Positions 17,328 through 27,583 are shown, counted from the first letter of the stretch. The stretch: 64,000 bases of DNA from an uncultured Alphaproteobacteria bacterium (GCA_934254915.1 CAKQMH010000002.1:85259-149258), one strand, 5' to 3'. Notes: generated by a model not told the origin, from the letters alone. Numbers and translations: made by a program.

Positions 17328-18803
17328 ATGCAAAACCCTGAAATTACGGAATTACCCCAAAATATTGAAGCCGAACAGGCTCTGCTTGGCGCTATTTTAG
17401 CCAACAACAAAGCTTTTGAAAAAGTGTCGGAGTTTTTAAAACCGCAACACTTTGCCGACCCGATTCACCAAAAAATATTTGAGGTTATCTCCAAATTGAT
17501 TACCCGCGGACATATTGCCGATGTAATCACTTTAAAAAATTACTTTGAACAGGAAGGAACGCTGAATGACGTCGGCGGCGCTAAATATCTGATAAAACTG
17601 GCTGACAGCTCAACTCCGCTGACTAATGCCGAATACTACGCTCAGTTTATTTATGATAAATACTTGCGGCGCGAGCTGATTTCTACCGGTTTTGACATCG
17701 TTAACAATGCGGCTAAAGAAGATTTGGACTCCGACGCCAATGATCAAATTGAGCAGGCGGAACGCCGTTTGTTTGAATTATCCAACCAAGGTGATGTTAA
17801 CGGCGGATTTGTTGATTTTGCCGATGCCCTGACTTCCTCTCTCGGACACATTGAGCAAGCTTATCAGAAAGACGGCAAAATATCCGGCTTACCGACGGCG
17901 CTTGACGCTTTGGATAATAAAATTGGCGGTTTAAATAATTCCGACTTGTTGATTATCGCCGGCCGTCCGGCTATGGGTAAAACGGCTCTGGCAACCAACA
18001 TTGCCTATAATGTTGCCGATTATATGCTCCACGCCAAAGATTTGGATGAAAAATCCAAAGGCGTAGCTTTTTTCTCACTGGAAATGTCCGCTGACCAATT
18101 GGCCACCCGTATACTTTCAACCGTTACTCAAACCAACGGCCACAAAATGCGTACCGGTGAACTGGACAATGCCGAATTTACGCGGATTGCCGCCGCTGTT
18201 CGCGAATTGGAAAAGATTCCTTTGTATATTGACGATACTCCGGGGTTAAATATTAATACTATCCGCACCCGCGCTCGCCGCCTCAAACGCAATAAAGGTT
18301 TGGGCTTGATTGTCATTGACTATATTCAACTGATTAACGGCACCGGCAGCAAACGCTCGGAAGGAAACCGCGTTCAAGAATTGTCCGAAATCTCCCGTGG
18401 GTTGAAAATCATGGCTAAAGAATTAAATCTTCCGGTAATTGCTTTGTCGCAGCTCAACCGCGGTGTCGAGCAACGTGACGATAAACGCCCCTTGATGTCA
18501 GACTTGCGTGAATCCGGCTCAATCGAACAAGATGCTGATATCGTAATGTTTGTATACCGTGAAAATTATTATCTCAAAAATGAAGAACCACAGCAAAAAC
18601 CTTCCGAAACTCCGGAACATCTGCAAAAACGCATGGAAGAATGGGAAGCTCGCGTCCGCGCTACCAATAATATCGGTGAAGTTATCATCGGCAAACAGCG
18701 TCACGGTCCGACCGGCACAGTTCAGTTGTTTTGGAACGGCGATTATGCTCAGTTCGGCAATCTTGCTAAAGAAGAATATCTGCCTGATCGTATAGGAGAT
18801 TAA
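17328..18803 (+). CDS. dnaB: Replicative DNA helicase DnaB
   Basis: 491 aa with AEQALLGAIL and Walker A GRPAMGKTALA. No intein. Confidence 0.95.
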   Translation: MQNPEITELPQNIEAEQALLGAILANNKAFEKVSEFLKPQHFADPIHQKIFEVISKLITRGHIADVITLKNYFEQEGTLNDVGGAKYLIKLADSSTPLTNAEYYAQFIYDKYLRRELISTGFDIVNNAAKEDLDSDANDQIEQAERRLFELSNQGDVNGGFVDFADALTSSLGHIEQAYQKDGKISGLPTALDALDNKIGGLNNSDLLIIAGRPAMGKTALATNIAYNVADYMLHAKDLDEKSKGVAFFSLEMSADQLATRILSTVTQTNGHKMRTGELDNAEFTRIAAAVRELEKIPLYIDDTPGLNINTIRTRARRLKRNKGLGLIVIDYIQLINGTGSKRSEGNRVQELSEISRGLKIMAKELNLPVIALSQLNRGVEQRDDKRPLMSDLRESGSIEQDADIVMFVYRENYYLKNEEPQQKPSETPEHLQKRMEEWEARVRATNNIGEVIIGKQRHGPTGTVQLFWNGDYAQFGNLAKEEYLPDRIGD

Positions 18804-18807
18804 AATT

Positions 18808-19023
18808 ATGCCCGCAAACTTTTTGTCTGTCTTATATTACACCTTAGCTTTCGCTTTGGGCTTAGCCCTGATTGTTACTTTAGTAGCCTTCGGTGCCACC
18901 ATTTTTGCTTTGGCCTTTATTTATATTTTTGTACCGTTGTTTTTAGTTGCAACCATACGCTGGCTGTGGTTAAAATATAAGCTCAAAAAACAAGGATACA
19001 TAATTTACAATGACAAAAAGTAA
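18808..19023 (+). CDS. Small two-TM membrane protein
   Basis: 71 aa, hydrophobic, immediately downstream of dnaB. Confidence 0.35.
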   Translation: MPANFLSVLYYTLAFALGLALIVTLVAFGATIFALAFIYIFVPLFLVATIRWLWLKYKLKKQGYIIYNDKK

Positions 19024-19447
19024 CTTTTGGCAAACCAAAAAACTAAGCGAATTTAGCCCTGACGAATGGGAAAGTATTTGCACCCGTTGCGGTAAGTGCT
19101 GCCAAATCAAACTGCAGGACGAAGATACTGACGAAATTTTTTATACCGACCTTGTCTGCCGTTATTTTGATATCGACCATTGCAACTGTACTCAATATCA
19201 GAATCGTTGCCGTTTAGTTCCGACTTGTCTGAAACTGACGCCGCAAAATTTAGCTCATATTAATTGGATTCCGTACGACTGCGCATATCATATTTTGCAA
19301 ACTACCGGTGATTTGCCGGACTGGCATCCCTTAAAAACCGGCCAGACCTTAGCCCAAGAGCATTCGGTTCAAGGTAAAGTAATCAGTGAAACCATGGTTG
19401 CCGAAGACGAATGGGAAGATCACATCATTGAGGACGAAATACGATGA
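19010..19447 (+). CDS. YcgN/UPF0260 family cysteine-cluster protein (copy 1)
   Basis: 145 aa. CTRCGKCCQIKL...DHCNCTQYQNRC, close to E. coli YcgN. Confidence 0.7.
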   Translation: MTKSNFWQTKKLSEFSPDEWESICTRCGKCCQIKLQDEDTDEIFYTDLVCRYFDIDHCNCTQYQNRCRLVPTCLKLTPQNLAHINWIPYDCAYHILQTTGDLPDWHPLKTGQTLAQEHSVQGKVISETMVAEDEWEDHIIEDEIR

Positions 19448-19941
19448 ATGATTGGCCTGACGATACCTACAATCCGCAAAGCCGTTTTGACAACTTGAAT
19501 CAGGTTGAACCGGAATTTTGGAAAAAGAAAAAACTGGAGCAGATGAGTAAACAGGAGTGGGAGCTGCTTTGCGATGGCTGTGGCAAATGTTGTTTGAACA
19601 AACTCGATATTCGCGGCAAAATCAAATTCACCTGCACCTACTGCCGTTTTTTAGACCCGCACAGTTGCTTATGCAAAATTTATGAACATCGTTTTGCTCA
19701 AGTTCCCGATTGCCGCGATATTGACCTTGCAGCGGTAAGAGAAAGACCCCGCTGGCTTCCTAAAACCTGTGCCTATTGGCTGCTGGACAATGGTTATGAC
19801 CTGCCCGACTGGCATCCCTTAAAAACCGGACAAGCGGCTTCCGTCCATCAGGCTCAAATGTCCTTGCAGGGACGCAACATTGTTTCCGAAACCGGAGTTG
19901 ATGACTATGAAAATTACCTTGTTGACTGGCCGGACCTTTAA
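19444..19941 (+). CDS. YcgN/UPF0260 family cysteine-cluster protein (copy 2, tandem paralogue)
   Basis: 165 aa with CDGCGKCCLNKL...HSCLCKIYEHRF and the same WHPLKTGQ motif as copy 1. ATGA overlap with copy 1. Confidence 0.7.
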   Translation: MNDWPDDTYNPQSRFDNLNQVEPEFWKKKKLEQMSKQEWELLCDGCGKCCLNKLDIRGKIKFTCTYCRFLDPHSCLCKIYEHRFAQVPDCRDIDLAAVRERPRWLPKTCAYWLLDNGYDLPDWHPLKTGQAASVHQAQMSLQGRNIVSETGVDDYENYLVDWPDL

Positions 19942-20617
19942 TCTTAAAGCACAATTGGGCATTGATATCGATGTTATTCGCTCCTCCACGGCTAAGCGTT
20001 TGACTTTGCGCATTGATGAAAAAAAACATCTTCCGGTGCTGACTATTCCCAACCGTTGCTCTGCACAAAAAGCTTATGATTTTGTAGACAGCCATCGCGA
20101 CTGGATAACCAATATGCTGGCTCGACTGCCGCAGACCCAAAAATTTTCTGCCGGTGAAAATCTAACCATTTTAGGGCAAACCTACCAAATTATCCACGCA
20201 CCGGAAGAGCGCGGCGGTGTTTTTTTCCGCGGTGAACAATTAGTAGTTTGCGGCGAGGTCGAATTCCTTCACCGCCGCGTCACTGATTTCCTTAGACATC
20301 TGGCTTATGAGATGTTCTTAAATGCCTCACTCCAGCAAGCTGCCAAGCTTGGTTGTAAAATCAATAATGTTTGTATCAAGGACACCAAATCGCGTTGGGG
20401 AAGCTGTTCCAACAAAAACAATATTAATTATAACTGGCGGGTGATTCTCGCCCCGTCTTATGTTTTTGAATATTTGGTATGCCATGAAGTTTCACATCTT
20501 GTCCACCCCAACCATTCAGCCGCTTTTTGGCAATGTGTCGCCTCGCTTTGTCCTGATTGGCAGGAGGGACGCCGCTGGCTAAAAATCAAAGGCAAAGAGC
20601 TTTATCGCTATGCCTGA
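19880..20617 (+). CDS. YgjP/DUF45 (M48-like HExxH) metal-dependent hydrolase
   Basis: CHEVSHLVHPNH. The real start is probably the ATG near 19901. Confidence 0.6.
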   Translation: MFPKPELMTMKITLLTGRTFNLKAQLGIDIDVIRSSTAKRLTLRIDEKKHLPVLTIPNRCSAQKAYDFVDSHRDWITNMLARLPQTQKFSAGENLTILGQTYQIIHAPEERGGVFFRGEQLVVCGEVEFLHRRVTDFLRHLAYEMFLNASLQQAAKLGCKINNVCIKDTKSRWGSCSNKNNINYNWRVILAPSYVFEYLVCHEVSHLVHPNHSAAFWQCVASLCPDWQEGRRWLKIKGKELYRYA

Positions 20618-20693
20618 GTAATAGCTATTGATTTTTCAACGCCAATTCCCTATATTTAAATTAACAACAACTATAACAAGGAGTTTTTTCTCA

Positions 20694-21425
20694 ATGGAAA
20701 ACAAAATTTACGCTCAAACCGAAACAGCCGCTGCTGCTTATGATATGGGCTTGCGCAGCTATCTTTTGCGTGTTTTTAATCTTATGTCTGCCGGTCTGTG
20801 CCTTTCGGCTTTAACCGCTTATCTGGTTCTCAACACTTCGTTGATTAATCTGTTTTACAGCGTAGCTCCCAATGGTGCGGTTACGGGCTTATCCGCCTTT
20901 GGTTGGTTAGCTTTCATTGCCCCGCTGATTATGGTTTTTGCTTTTGGCTGGGTCGTTAGCCGCGGAACGGCTCAACAAGCACAAATTATGTTTTGGAGTT
21001 ATGCTGCCATTATGGGTATCTCTTTAGCCCCCATCTTTTTGGCTTATACCAGCAGCAGCTTAACCCGCGTCTTTTTAATTACGGCAGCCACCTTTGGCGG
21101 TATGAGCATTTACGGCTACACCACCAAGCGCGACTTATCGGGACTCGGCTCATTCCTAATTATGGGCTTGTGGGGTCTTATTATTGCCTCAATCGTCAAC
21201 ATCTTTGTCGGCAGTGCCGGACTTGATTATGCATTGTCAATCTTAGGTGTTTTGATTTTCACCGGTCTGACAGCGTTTGATATTCAAAAAATCCGCAATT
21301 TATATGCTGCCGGCGACAGCCATGAAATCATTGCCAAAAAAGCGGTTTACGGCGCTTTGAATTTATACCTTGATTTCATCAACCTGTTTTTATATTTGCT
21401 GCGTTTGTTAGGTGACCGCCGCTAA
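20694..21425 (+). CDS. Bax inhibitor-1/YccA family membrane protein
   Basis: 7-TM protein with an aaggag RBS 10 nt upstream. Confidence 0.7.
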   Translation: MENKIYAQTETAAAAYDMGLRSYLLRVFNLMSAGLCLSALTAYLVLNTSLINLFYSVAPNGAVTGLSAFGWLAFIAPLIMVFAFGWVVSRGTAQQAQIMFWSYAAIMGISLAPIFLAYTSSSLTRVFLITAATFGGMSIYGYTTKRDLSGLGSFLIMGLWGLIIASIVNIFVGSAGLDYALSILGVLIFTGLTAFDIQKIRNLYAAGDSHEIIAKKAVYGALNLYLDFINLFLYLLRLLGDRR

Positions 21426-21475
21426 TAAAAAACATAAATATCACCATAAAAGGCTCTTTTGCAATAAAGAGCCTT

Positions 21476-22567
21476 TTATTTTTGACCATCAAACAACAAT
21501 AGCGAATTACCTTTGCGTTCCTGTGCCTTTTTCACGGCAAATATCGCCTGTTCTATCAACTTTTTGGCCGAATGCGCCGGATTGGGAAAAACGCTTGCCC
21601 CGATACTGAACTTCAATTGATGGGTTGTAAAATTATCGCTGACGCCGTTTTTCAAGACTTCTTTGACACGCGCCATTTCCATTTCCAAATCATGCTCATT
21701 GGCAACATCGGGCAGCAAAATCCAAAATTGATATTTTAGCCCGCGCGCCACTGTGGCATTTTTTTTCAAGTTCATAACCAGATTATAGCCGATTTTTTTC
21801 AAAACAAATTCATGCAGACTGATTTTTTTAAACTCTTCGGCATTATCAATACTGATTCCCATAACTGCGATTAAATCTTTCGGCAGCCGCACATCTTTGT
21901 AGTTTTCGTTATTAACCGCCATTTGTACCCGGTCTTCAAACAAAAAGAAGTTGGGCAAACCGGTTAATTCGTCATAGAGATTATTAAACTTGGTATCTTG
22001 TTTTGGCGGCTGATGACTGCTTAGCAAAATAAAGGAAAATCGATTAAAATCGGGTAAATAAATCGCGCTTAATTCTATTGGGATAATCCGATTGTTGGCA
22101 GCACGCAGATGAATACTCAATTGCTTATGCGAGGTAAGCATTTCACCGATATTTTCGGCCAACAACGTCCAATCACTCTTGTCAACAAACGATAAAAATG
22201 CTTGTCCCGTACCTTGATTAAAATCATCCAGAGCCAGCAAATTGCGTGCCTTCTTATTCAAATAGACAACTTTGTCATCGCTGACAATAACGACCATACG
22301 TTCGGAGCTGTCCAGAATATGAGCCGCCATTTCGCCCAAATTAACATCCATCGTTGCCCAGCTGTTATCAATATTGTTCAATGTTTCGGTCATCGGCATG
22401 ACATTATCCGCAACAGTTTCCGTTTCCGGCGGCGTTTCTAATGACTGCAAATCGACATTATACCTGGCTGCTTCACGCAAAATCCGCACATCCGGCATTT
22501 CATTTTTACGAAAAACACCGCTACCTTCTAAGGCTGATTGGTTTATGTCATCAAAGTCATCACGCAT
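21476..22567 (-). CDS. Sensor-domain protein with degenerate GGDEF domain (likely non-catalytic)
   Basis: YDELTGLPN, then RGLKYQF in place of RxGGDEF. Confidence 0.55.
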   Translation of the reverse strand: MRDDFDDINQSALEGSGVFRKNEMPDVRILREAARYNVDLQSLETPPETETVADNVMPMTETLNNIDNSWATMDVNLGEMAAHILDSSERMVVIVSDDKVVYLNKKARNLLALDDFNQGTGQAFLSFVDKSDWTLLAENIGEMLTSHKQLSIHLRAANNRIIPIELSAIYLPDFNRFSFILLSSHQPPKQDTKFNNLYDELTGLPNFFLFEDRVQMAVNNENYKDVRLPKDLIAVMGISIDNAEEFKKISLHEFVLKKIGYNLVMNLKKNATVARGLKYQFWILLPDVANEHDLEMEMARVKEVLKNGVSDNFTTHQLKFSIGASVFPNPAHSAKKLIEQAIFAVKKAQERKGNSLLLFDGQK

Positions 22568-22701
22568 TTTTGCATACCATTTTAAGCTTTTTTATAATCT
22601 TAAAACCAAAATTTATAAAAAACAATGTCTAAATCTTTGCAGTTTATTAATAAAACTGGTTTACACTTAGCTTATATATGTAAAAGCTGAAAGAAATCAA
22701 T

Positions 22702-24714
22702 ATGACTGAAAACGAAAATCTCAAACCCGAAGAATCAGCTTCTGTGGCCGAAACCGGCAGCGAATTTTTTTTGGTTAAAGAGCGCTATGAAATTAAGTTT
22801 GACGCTCCTTTGCCGCAATTTAACACTAACGGCGCGATTGCTTATAAAACACAGGATAAGACCAACCCTCAGCGCGAATTGTTTGCTCTGATTTGCGACA
22901 ACAATAATCCGCCGCGGTTATCAATTTTGCCTTATCTCAAGTCCATTGATCATCCGAATGTCTTAAAATTGGTTGATTTCGGCGTTGTTGACTATCCGGA
23001 AAAGAAAACCCGTAATATGGCGCTTATTTACAAACAACCGACCGGCCCCAAAGTCAATGATTTCAGCGAAGACTTAAATCTTAAAGGCAATGCCGAAAAA
23101 TTCAAATCTTTATTAATGTCTATGCTTTCCGCCAGCGAGAGTCTTAAAAGTTATAACATTACGCATCGCGCTTTGCGCTTGGACAATTTGTTTTATAAAG
23201 ATTCGACCCGTTCGGAAATTGTCGTCGGCGACTGTGCAGCTTCTTTCCCGTCGCTTTATCAGCCGGCCGAATATGAAACCGTTGAAAATTTGCTCTGCCT
23301 GCCGCAAGGACGCGGTAATGGCTCGGTAAGTTGCGATGTTTATGCCATTGCCGTGGTTATGATTAATCTTTTGCTTGGTAAAGAAAATAATTTTGGGCTG
23401 TCAACGCCCGAACTTCTGCACCAAAAACTAAAAAAAGGCTCTTATAATACACTCTTAGCCAACGAAAAAATTCACACCCCGTATACCGCCGTCTTAAAAG
23501 GTATGCTGTGTGACAACCCCGAAAATCGCTGGAACTACCTGCAAGTATATAATTATCTTGAAGGCAAAGCCGTTTCTTTCACCGAAGGTTCTGAACGCTC
23601 AATGCGCTCCCTCAGTCTTGGCGGTGAAAAATATTACACTCCTAAAAGTATGGCGATTGCAATGTTGGCTAATCCCGATGAGGCACTGGCAGTCATCAAA
23701 TCCGGCAAATTGCAGGAATGGATTAAAAACGGTCTTGAAAACGAAAAGCTGCTTGCCAAAATCGAAAAATTAATTACCGCCGATAAAGAAAAAAAAGAAT
23801 CTTCTACCGATTTGGTATCACAAATCTGCATTTTATTGGATAACTCATTACCGATTAAATGCGGCGATTTATATCTTTTCCCTGACGGATTACCGAAAGC
23901 TGTCTTTTATTACCTGCGCAACGGTCTGGAATTGAAAGACTTTTATGCCCTGCTTTCGACAGATTTAATCAAGCTTTGGTATCAGGAGCAGCCGTCTTTG
24001 CGCGCTCCGGCCAACAGCAATGAATTCAAAATTTATATTAACCGCAAAGATTACGGCTACGGCATTGACCGAATTATGTATGATTTTGACGATGATTTAC
24101 CTTGCACCAGTCAATTAGTAAACACCGACTTTATCAACTCGCCGTCACGCCTGCTTAAAGCTTTGGATTCCAACTACCAAGCTTTTAAGGAGCAAAAACC
24201 GTTTGATCGCAATATCATTGCTTATTTGCGCTGCAAGATGGGCAAAAAAATCGACGGTATCATCACCGACCTTAACTCTCTGCAGGAAAACATTCAAAGC
24301 AGTGCGATTATTCGTCTTTATTCCAATATTCAAAATAAGTACGGACCGGTTCAGCTGCATAACCTGACCTTATGGATTTTAAACATCACCAAGCCGATAA
24401 TTCGCTCTTATCACAACTTCAAATATCAAAAATATTTGGAACGCGAATTGGTAAAAGTCGCTAAAAGCGGTAAAATTATTGATCTTTACGATATTTTGGA
24501 AAACGAAGAAGCCAAACAAAAAGACCGCAGTGAATATTCCGAAGCCCTGAAGGAAATCCGCAGTCTGTTAAACGAAAAAAATATTCTTCAAACCGGCGGC
24601 AGCAAACTTGATGAACAATCACGCAATCTGGCTTTACGCTGCGGTTCGATTTTTGCGGTTTTAGCCATGATAACCTCTTTTATTTTCAGTCTGATTTACT
24701 GGGTGGTACAATAA
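22702..24714 (+). CDS. Tail-anchored protein-kinase-fold pseudokinase
   Basis: 670 aa with a protein-kinase-like order (HPNVLKL, HRALRLDN, GDC, SVSCDVYAIAVVMINLLLG) but the catalytic Asp and Gly-loop are missing. C-terminal TM. Confidence 0.5.
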   Translation: MTENENLKPEESASVAETGSEFFLVKERYEIKFDAPLPQFNTNGAIAYKTQDKTNPQRELFALICDNNNPPRLSILPYLKSIDHPNVLKLVDFGVVDYPEKKTRNMALIYKQPTGPKVNDFSEDLNLKGNAEKFKSLLMSMLSASESLKSYNITHRALRLDNLFYKDSTRSEIVVGDCAASFPSLYQPAEYETVENLLCLPQGRGNGSVSCDVYAIAVVMINLLLGKENNFGLSTPELLHQKLKKGSYNTLLANEKIHTPYTAVLKGMLCDNPENRWNYLQVYNYLEGKAVSFTEGSERSMRSLSLGGEKYYTPKSMAIAMLANPDEALAVIKSGKLQEWIKNGLENEKLLAKIEKLITADKEKKESSTDLVSQICILLDNSLPIKCGDLYLFPDGLPKAVFYYLRNGLELKDFYALLSTDLIKLWYQEQPSLRAPANSNEFKIYINRKDYGYGIDRIMYDFDDDLPCTSQLVNTDFINSPSRLLKALDSNYQAFKEQKPFDRNIIAYLRCKMGKKIDGIITDLNSLQENIQSSAIIRLYSNIQNKYGPVQLHNLTLWILNITKPIIRSYHNFKYQKYLERELVKVAKSGKIIDLYDILENEEAKQKDRSEYSEALKEIRSLLNEKNILQTGGSKLDEQSRNLALRCGSIFAVLAMITSFIFSLIYWVVQ

Positions 24715-25202
24715 TGATTAAAAAGAATCTCAAAAAAGCTAACTCTGCTCCCAAAGCCAAATTAACTTTATTCCAAAAATGGATTTTGGCTTTCGGCTTA
24801 TTTGTTCTGATTTTTGCTACTTTTCCGGCCGTTTTGATTATTCTTATCGGTCTGCTGCCGTCTTTAACGGTTTTGATCACCGATGCGCAAAATACACCCA
24901 AACTGACCATTGTCGGCTGTTTCAATCTTACCGGTGTTTTCGTCTGTATGAACAACATTTTGCAACAGGTAAATTCTCTTTCTGGTTTTTCTTTGGTTGA
25001 TAATGTTTTTAACCTGATTGTTATGCTTGGTTTAGCAGCCTTCGGCGTTGTTCTTTATTATGAACTGCCCAATTTTTTCATCACCATAGCTAAAATGTCG
25101 GCGCAAAAGCGACTTAATGTCATCAACCAGCGCTTGGACAAACTTGCGCTTGACTGGGGACAGGAAAGTGTTGAAAAAGCTTCCGGTAATTCCGGCAAAT
25201 AA
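24714..25202 (+). CDS. Integral membrane protein, translationally coupled to the pseudokinase
   Basis: 162 aa with 3-4 TM segments. TAATG overlap at 24714. Confidence 0.4.
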   Translation: MIKKNLKKANSAPKAKLTLFQKWILAFGLFVLIFATFPAVLIILIGLLPSLTVLITDAQNTPKLTIVGCFNLTGVFVCMNNILQQVNSLSGFSLVDNVFNLIVMLGLAAFGVVLYYELPNFFITIAKMSAQKRLNVINQRLDKLALDWGQESVEKASGNSGK

Positions 25203-25208
25203 CATTTA

Positions 25209-25237
25209 AAAGAGCCGCCCCAAGCGGCTCTTTTTCT
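25209..25237. terminator. Bidirectional intrinsic terminator
   Basis: agagccgc-cccaa-gcggctct followed by ttttt. Confidence 0.6.
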
Positions 25238-25239
25238 TC

Positions 25240-26115
25240 CTAATTAACCACCCCTATTGCTTTACGAATTTTTTTAATCGAATTTAACTCGATTTGGCGG
25301 ACGCGTTCTTTGGAAATATTATAAATTTTGCTCAAATCATCCAATGTAACCGCTTTGTCATACAGCCGGCGTTTAAACAAAATATCTTTTTCCCGTTTGT
25401 TCAGACAATTTATCGCCTGCTTAAACAACCCCCGCCGATACTGCATCACTTCACTGTAGGCCAAAGTTTCTTCCTGATTCGGTTTGTTGTCGGCAATAAA
25501 ATCCAGCCATTCCGTACCGCTTTCCGAAGAAGCATCGATTACCGTATTTAACGAGCCGTCATGCGCCTTCATCCGCATATTCATATCCGTAACATCCTGT
25601 ACGCTCACATCCAGCGATGAGGCAATATTATTTAACACTTTAGGAGACAATTCCCGATCATCGATCAAATTGAGTTTATTTTTGATTTTGCGCAAATTAA
25701 AAAACAATTTCTTTTGCGCTGCCGTTGTTCCGATTTTTACCAACGACCACGAATTTAAGATATATTTTTGGATTGAAGCCTTTATCCACCACAACGCATA
25801 AGTCGAAAAGCGAAAACCTTTAGCCGGTTCAAATTTTTCCACCGCATAAAGCAATCCGATATTTCCTTCCGAAATCATTTCAATAGTCGGCAAACCGTAA
25901 CCGCGATATTTGGATACGACTTTTACCACCAAACGTAAATGCGAGCTGACTAATTTTTGCGCAATCTGCGGATCTTTGGTTATTTGGTACTCCGATGCCA
26001 GAGCATATTCTTCATCTTGCGAAAGCAACGGATATTGTCTGATTCGTTGTAAATATCTCACCATGTTTAATTCGGGCGAGAAGTCAATTCCACTAAGTCC
26101 GAGGGCGTTTTCCAT
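25240..26115 (-). CDS. rpoH: RNA polymerase sigma-32 (heat-shock sigma factor RpoH)
   Basis: 291 aa. RpoH box AQKKLFFNLRK. Confidence 0.85.
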   Translation of the reverse strand: MENALGLSGIDFSPELNMVRYLQRIRQYPLLSQDEEYALASEYQITKDPQIAQKLVSSHLRLVVKVVSKYRGYGLPTIEMISEGNIGLLYAVEKFEPAKGFRFSTYALWWIKASIQKYILNSWSLVKIGTTAAQKKLFFNLRKIKNKLNLIDDRELSPKVLNNIASSLDVSVQDVTDMNMRMKAHDGSLNTVIDASSESGTEWLDFIADNKPNQEETLAYSEVMQYRRGLFKQAINCLNKREKDILFKRRLYDKAVTLDDLSKIYNISKERVRQIELNSIKKIRKAIGVVN

Positions 26116-26247
26116 CTTTCACTCCTGCTTTTAATTTTAACCTAAGCAGTCCGTGGTACGAGTCCCCTAATCTGTAAATCGACGAGTCAAAACTACGTCT
26201 TTTCCTTTAAACCGCAATATAGCAAAAAGTTATAGTTTTTCTAATGA

Positions 26248-27240
26248 CTAAAGATTCTCAAGAGTCGTCAGTAATTGTTTAAAATCATCGGGAAAATCCG
26301 AATCAAACTGCATAAATTCTCCTTTTCGCGGATGAACAAACCCCAATGACTTTGCATGCAGCGCCTGCCGCGGAAAATTATTAATAAAATCGACTGCTTG
26401 CGGATTAAAATTTTTGCCGCTGATCTTTTTGCTCTTAACATACAGCTGATCACCGATTAAATGATTCCCCTGTGAGCTTAAATGCACTCTGATTTGGTGA
26501 GTGCGTCCGGTTTCCAAATTACACTGCACCAGACTGGCGGCATTTTGATATATTTTCAGTGTTTTGTAATTTGTAACCGCGTTTTTACCGTTTTTCTTAA
26601 CCACTGCCATTTTTTTACGATCATACGGACTACGCCCGATTAAGGATTCGATTCGTCCGGATAACGGCTCGATTACTCCGAAAACCGCGGCCACATATGT
26701 CCGCTCAATTGAATGTTCGGCAAACTGCGTGCAAAGAGCTTTGTGGGTCTGATCGTTTTTAGCCACCACCAATAACCCTGATGTGTCTTTATCAATTCGA
26801 TGAACAATCCCCGGACGTTTAACTCCGCCGATTCCCGACAAATTTCCCTGACAATGAAACAACAACGCGTTAACCAGTGTTTTGTCAGGTGAGCCGACGG
26901 CCGGATGCACCGTCATTCCCGCCGGCTTGTTAACCACAATCAAATCATCGTCTTCATAAACCACTTCCAGCGGAATATCCTGCGGCAACGGAATGGCCTC
27001 AACCGGCTCCGGAATATGCAAAACATAAACCTCATTTTCTTTGACTTTGGCTGAACTGTCGGTTATCGGCGTTTCTCCGCGATAGACATTTCCGTCTTTC
27101 AACAAACGCTGTATTTGCGAACGCGATATCTCCGGAAAACTCATAACCAGAAATTTATCAATCCGCCAGCCGTTACAGTTTTTATTAACCATTGCTGTGT
27201 TATTATCTTCGGTATCAGTCATTTTAGCCTTTATAAACAA
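26248..27240 (-). CDS. rluD: 23S rRNA pseudouridine synthase RluD
   Basis: S4 domain plus HRIDKDTSGLLVVAK. Confidence 0.8.
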   Translation of the reverse strand: MFIKAKMTDTEDNNTAMVNKNCNGWRIDKFLVMSFPEISRSQIQRLLKDGNVYRGETPITDSSAKVKENEVYVLHIPEPVEAIPLPQDIPLEVVYEDDDLIVVNKPAGMTVHPAVGSPDKTLVNALLFHCQGNLSGIGGVKRPGIVHRIDKDTSGLLVVAKNDQTHKALCTQFAEHSIERTYVAAVFGVIEPLSGRIESLIGRSPYDRKKMAVVKKNGKNAVTNYKTLKIYQNAASLVQCNLETGRTHQIRVHLSSQGNHLIGDQLYVKSKKISGKNFNPQAVDFINNFPRQALHAKSLGFVHPRKGEFMQFDSDFPDDFKQLLTTLENL

Positions 27241-27292
27241 ACGATTTTTGTTTATAATAAAGGCAAAAAGTTAAGTTGCAAGAGAGATAAAC

Positions 27293-27583
27293 ATGGATAA
27301 ACTTAAATTAGTCAAAATTATTGTTTGTGTGCTTACTTTTTTATTGGTTTTCGGAACATTACTGCTTTTTGGCAGTATTTACCAAAAAACCCGCTCTGTC
27401 GGCAGCCAAACTGACCGCGTTTTATCCCTCGCCCAACCGCAAGGCAGTCACATTGCCGGTTATTCATACCAAGACGGCAAACTGGTCATCTTGATTAAAG
27501 ACGGCGGTTTAGCCGACCGCCTGTTATTGCTTGACACCGCCGACAATCGCGTTGACACTACCGTTTATTTGACCAAGGAGTAA
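27293..27583 (+). CDS. Small N-terminally membrane-anchored hypothetical protein (first gene of the T4CP cluster)
   Basis: 96 aa. Single TM IIVCVLTFLLVFGTLLLFGSI. Confidence 0.4.
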   Translation: MDKLKLVKIIVCVLTFLLVFGTLLLFGSIYQKTRSVGSQTDRVLSLAQPQGSHIAGYSYQDGKLVILIKDGGLADRLLLLDTADNRVDTTVYLTKE

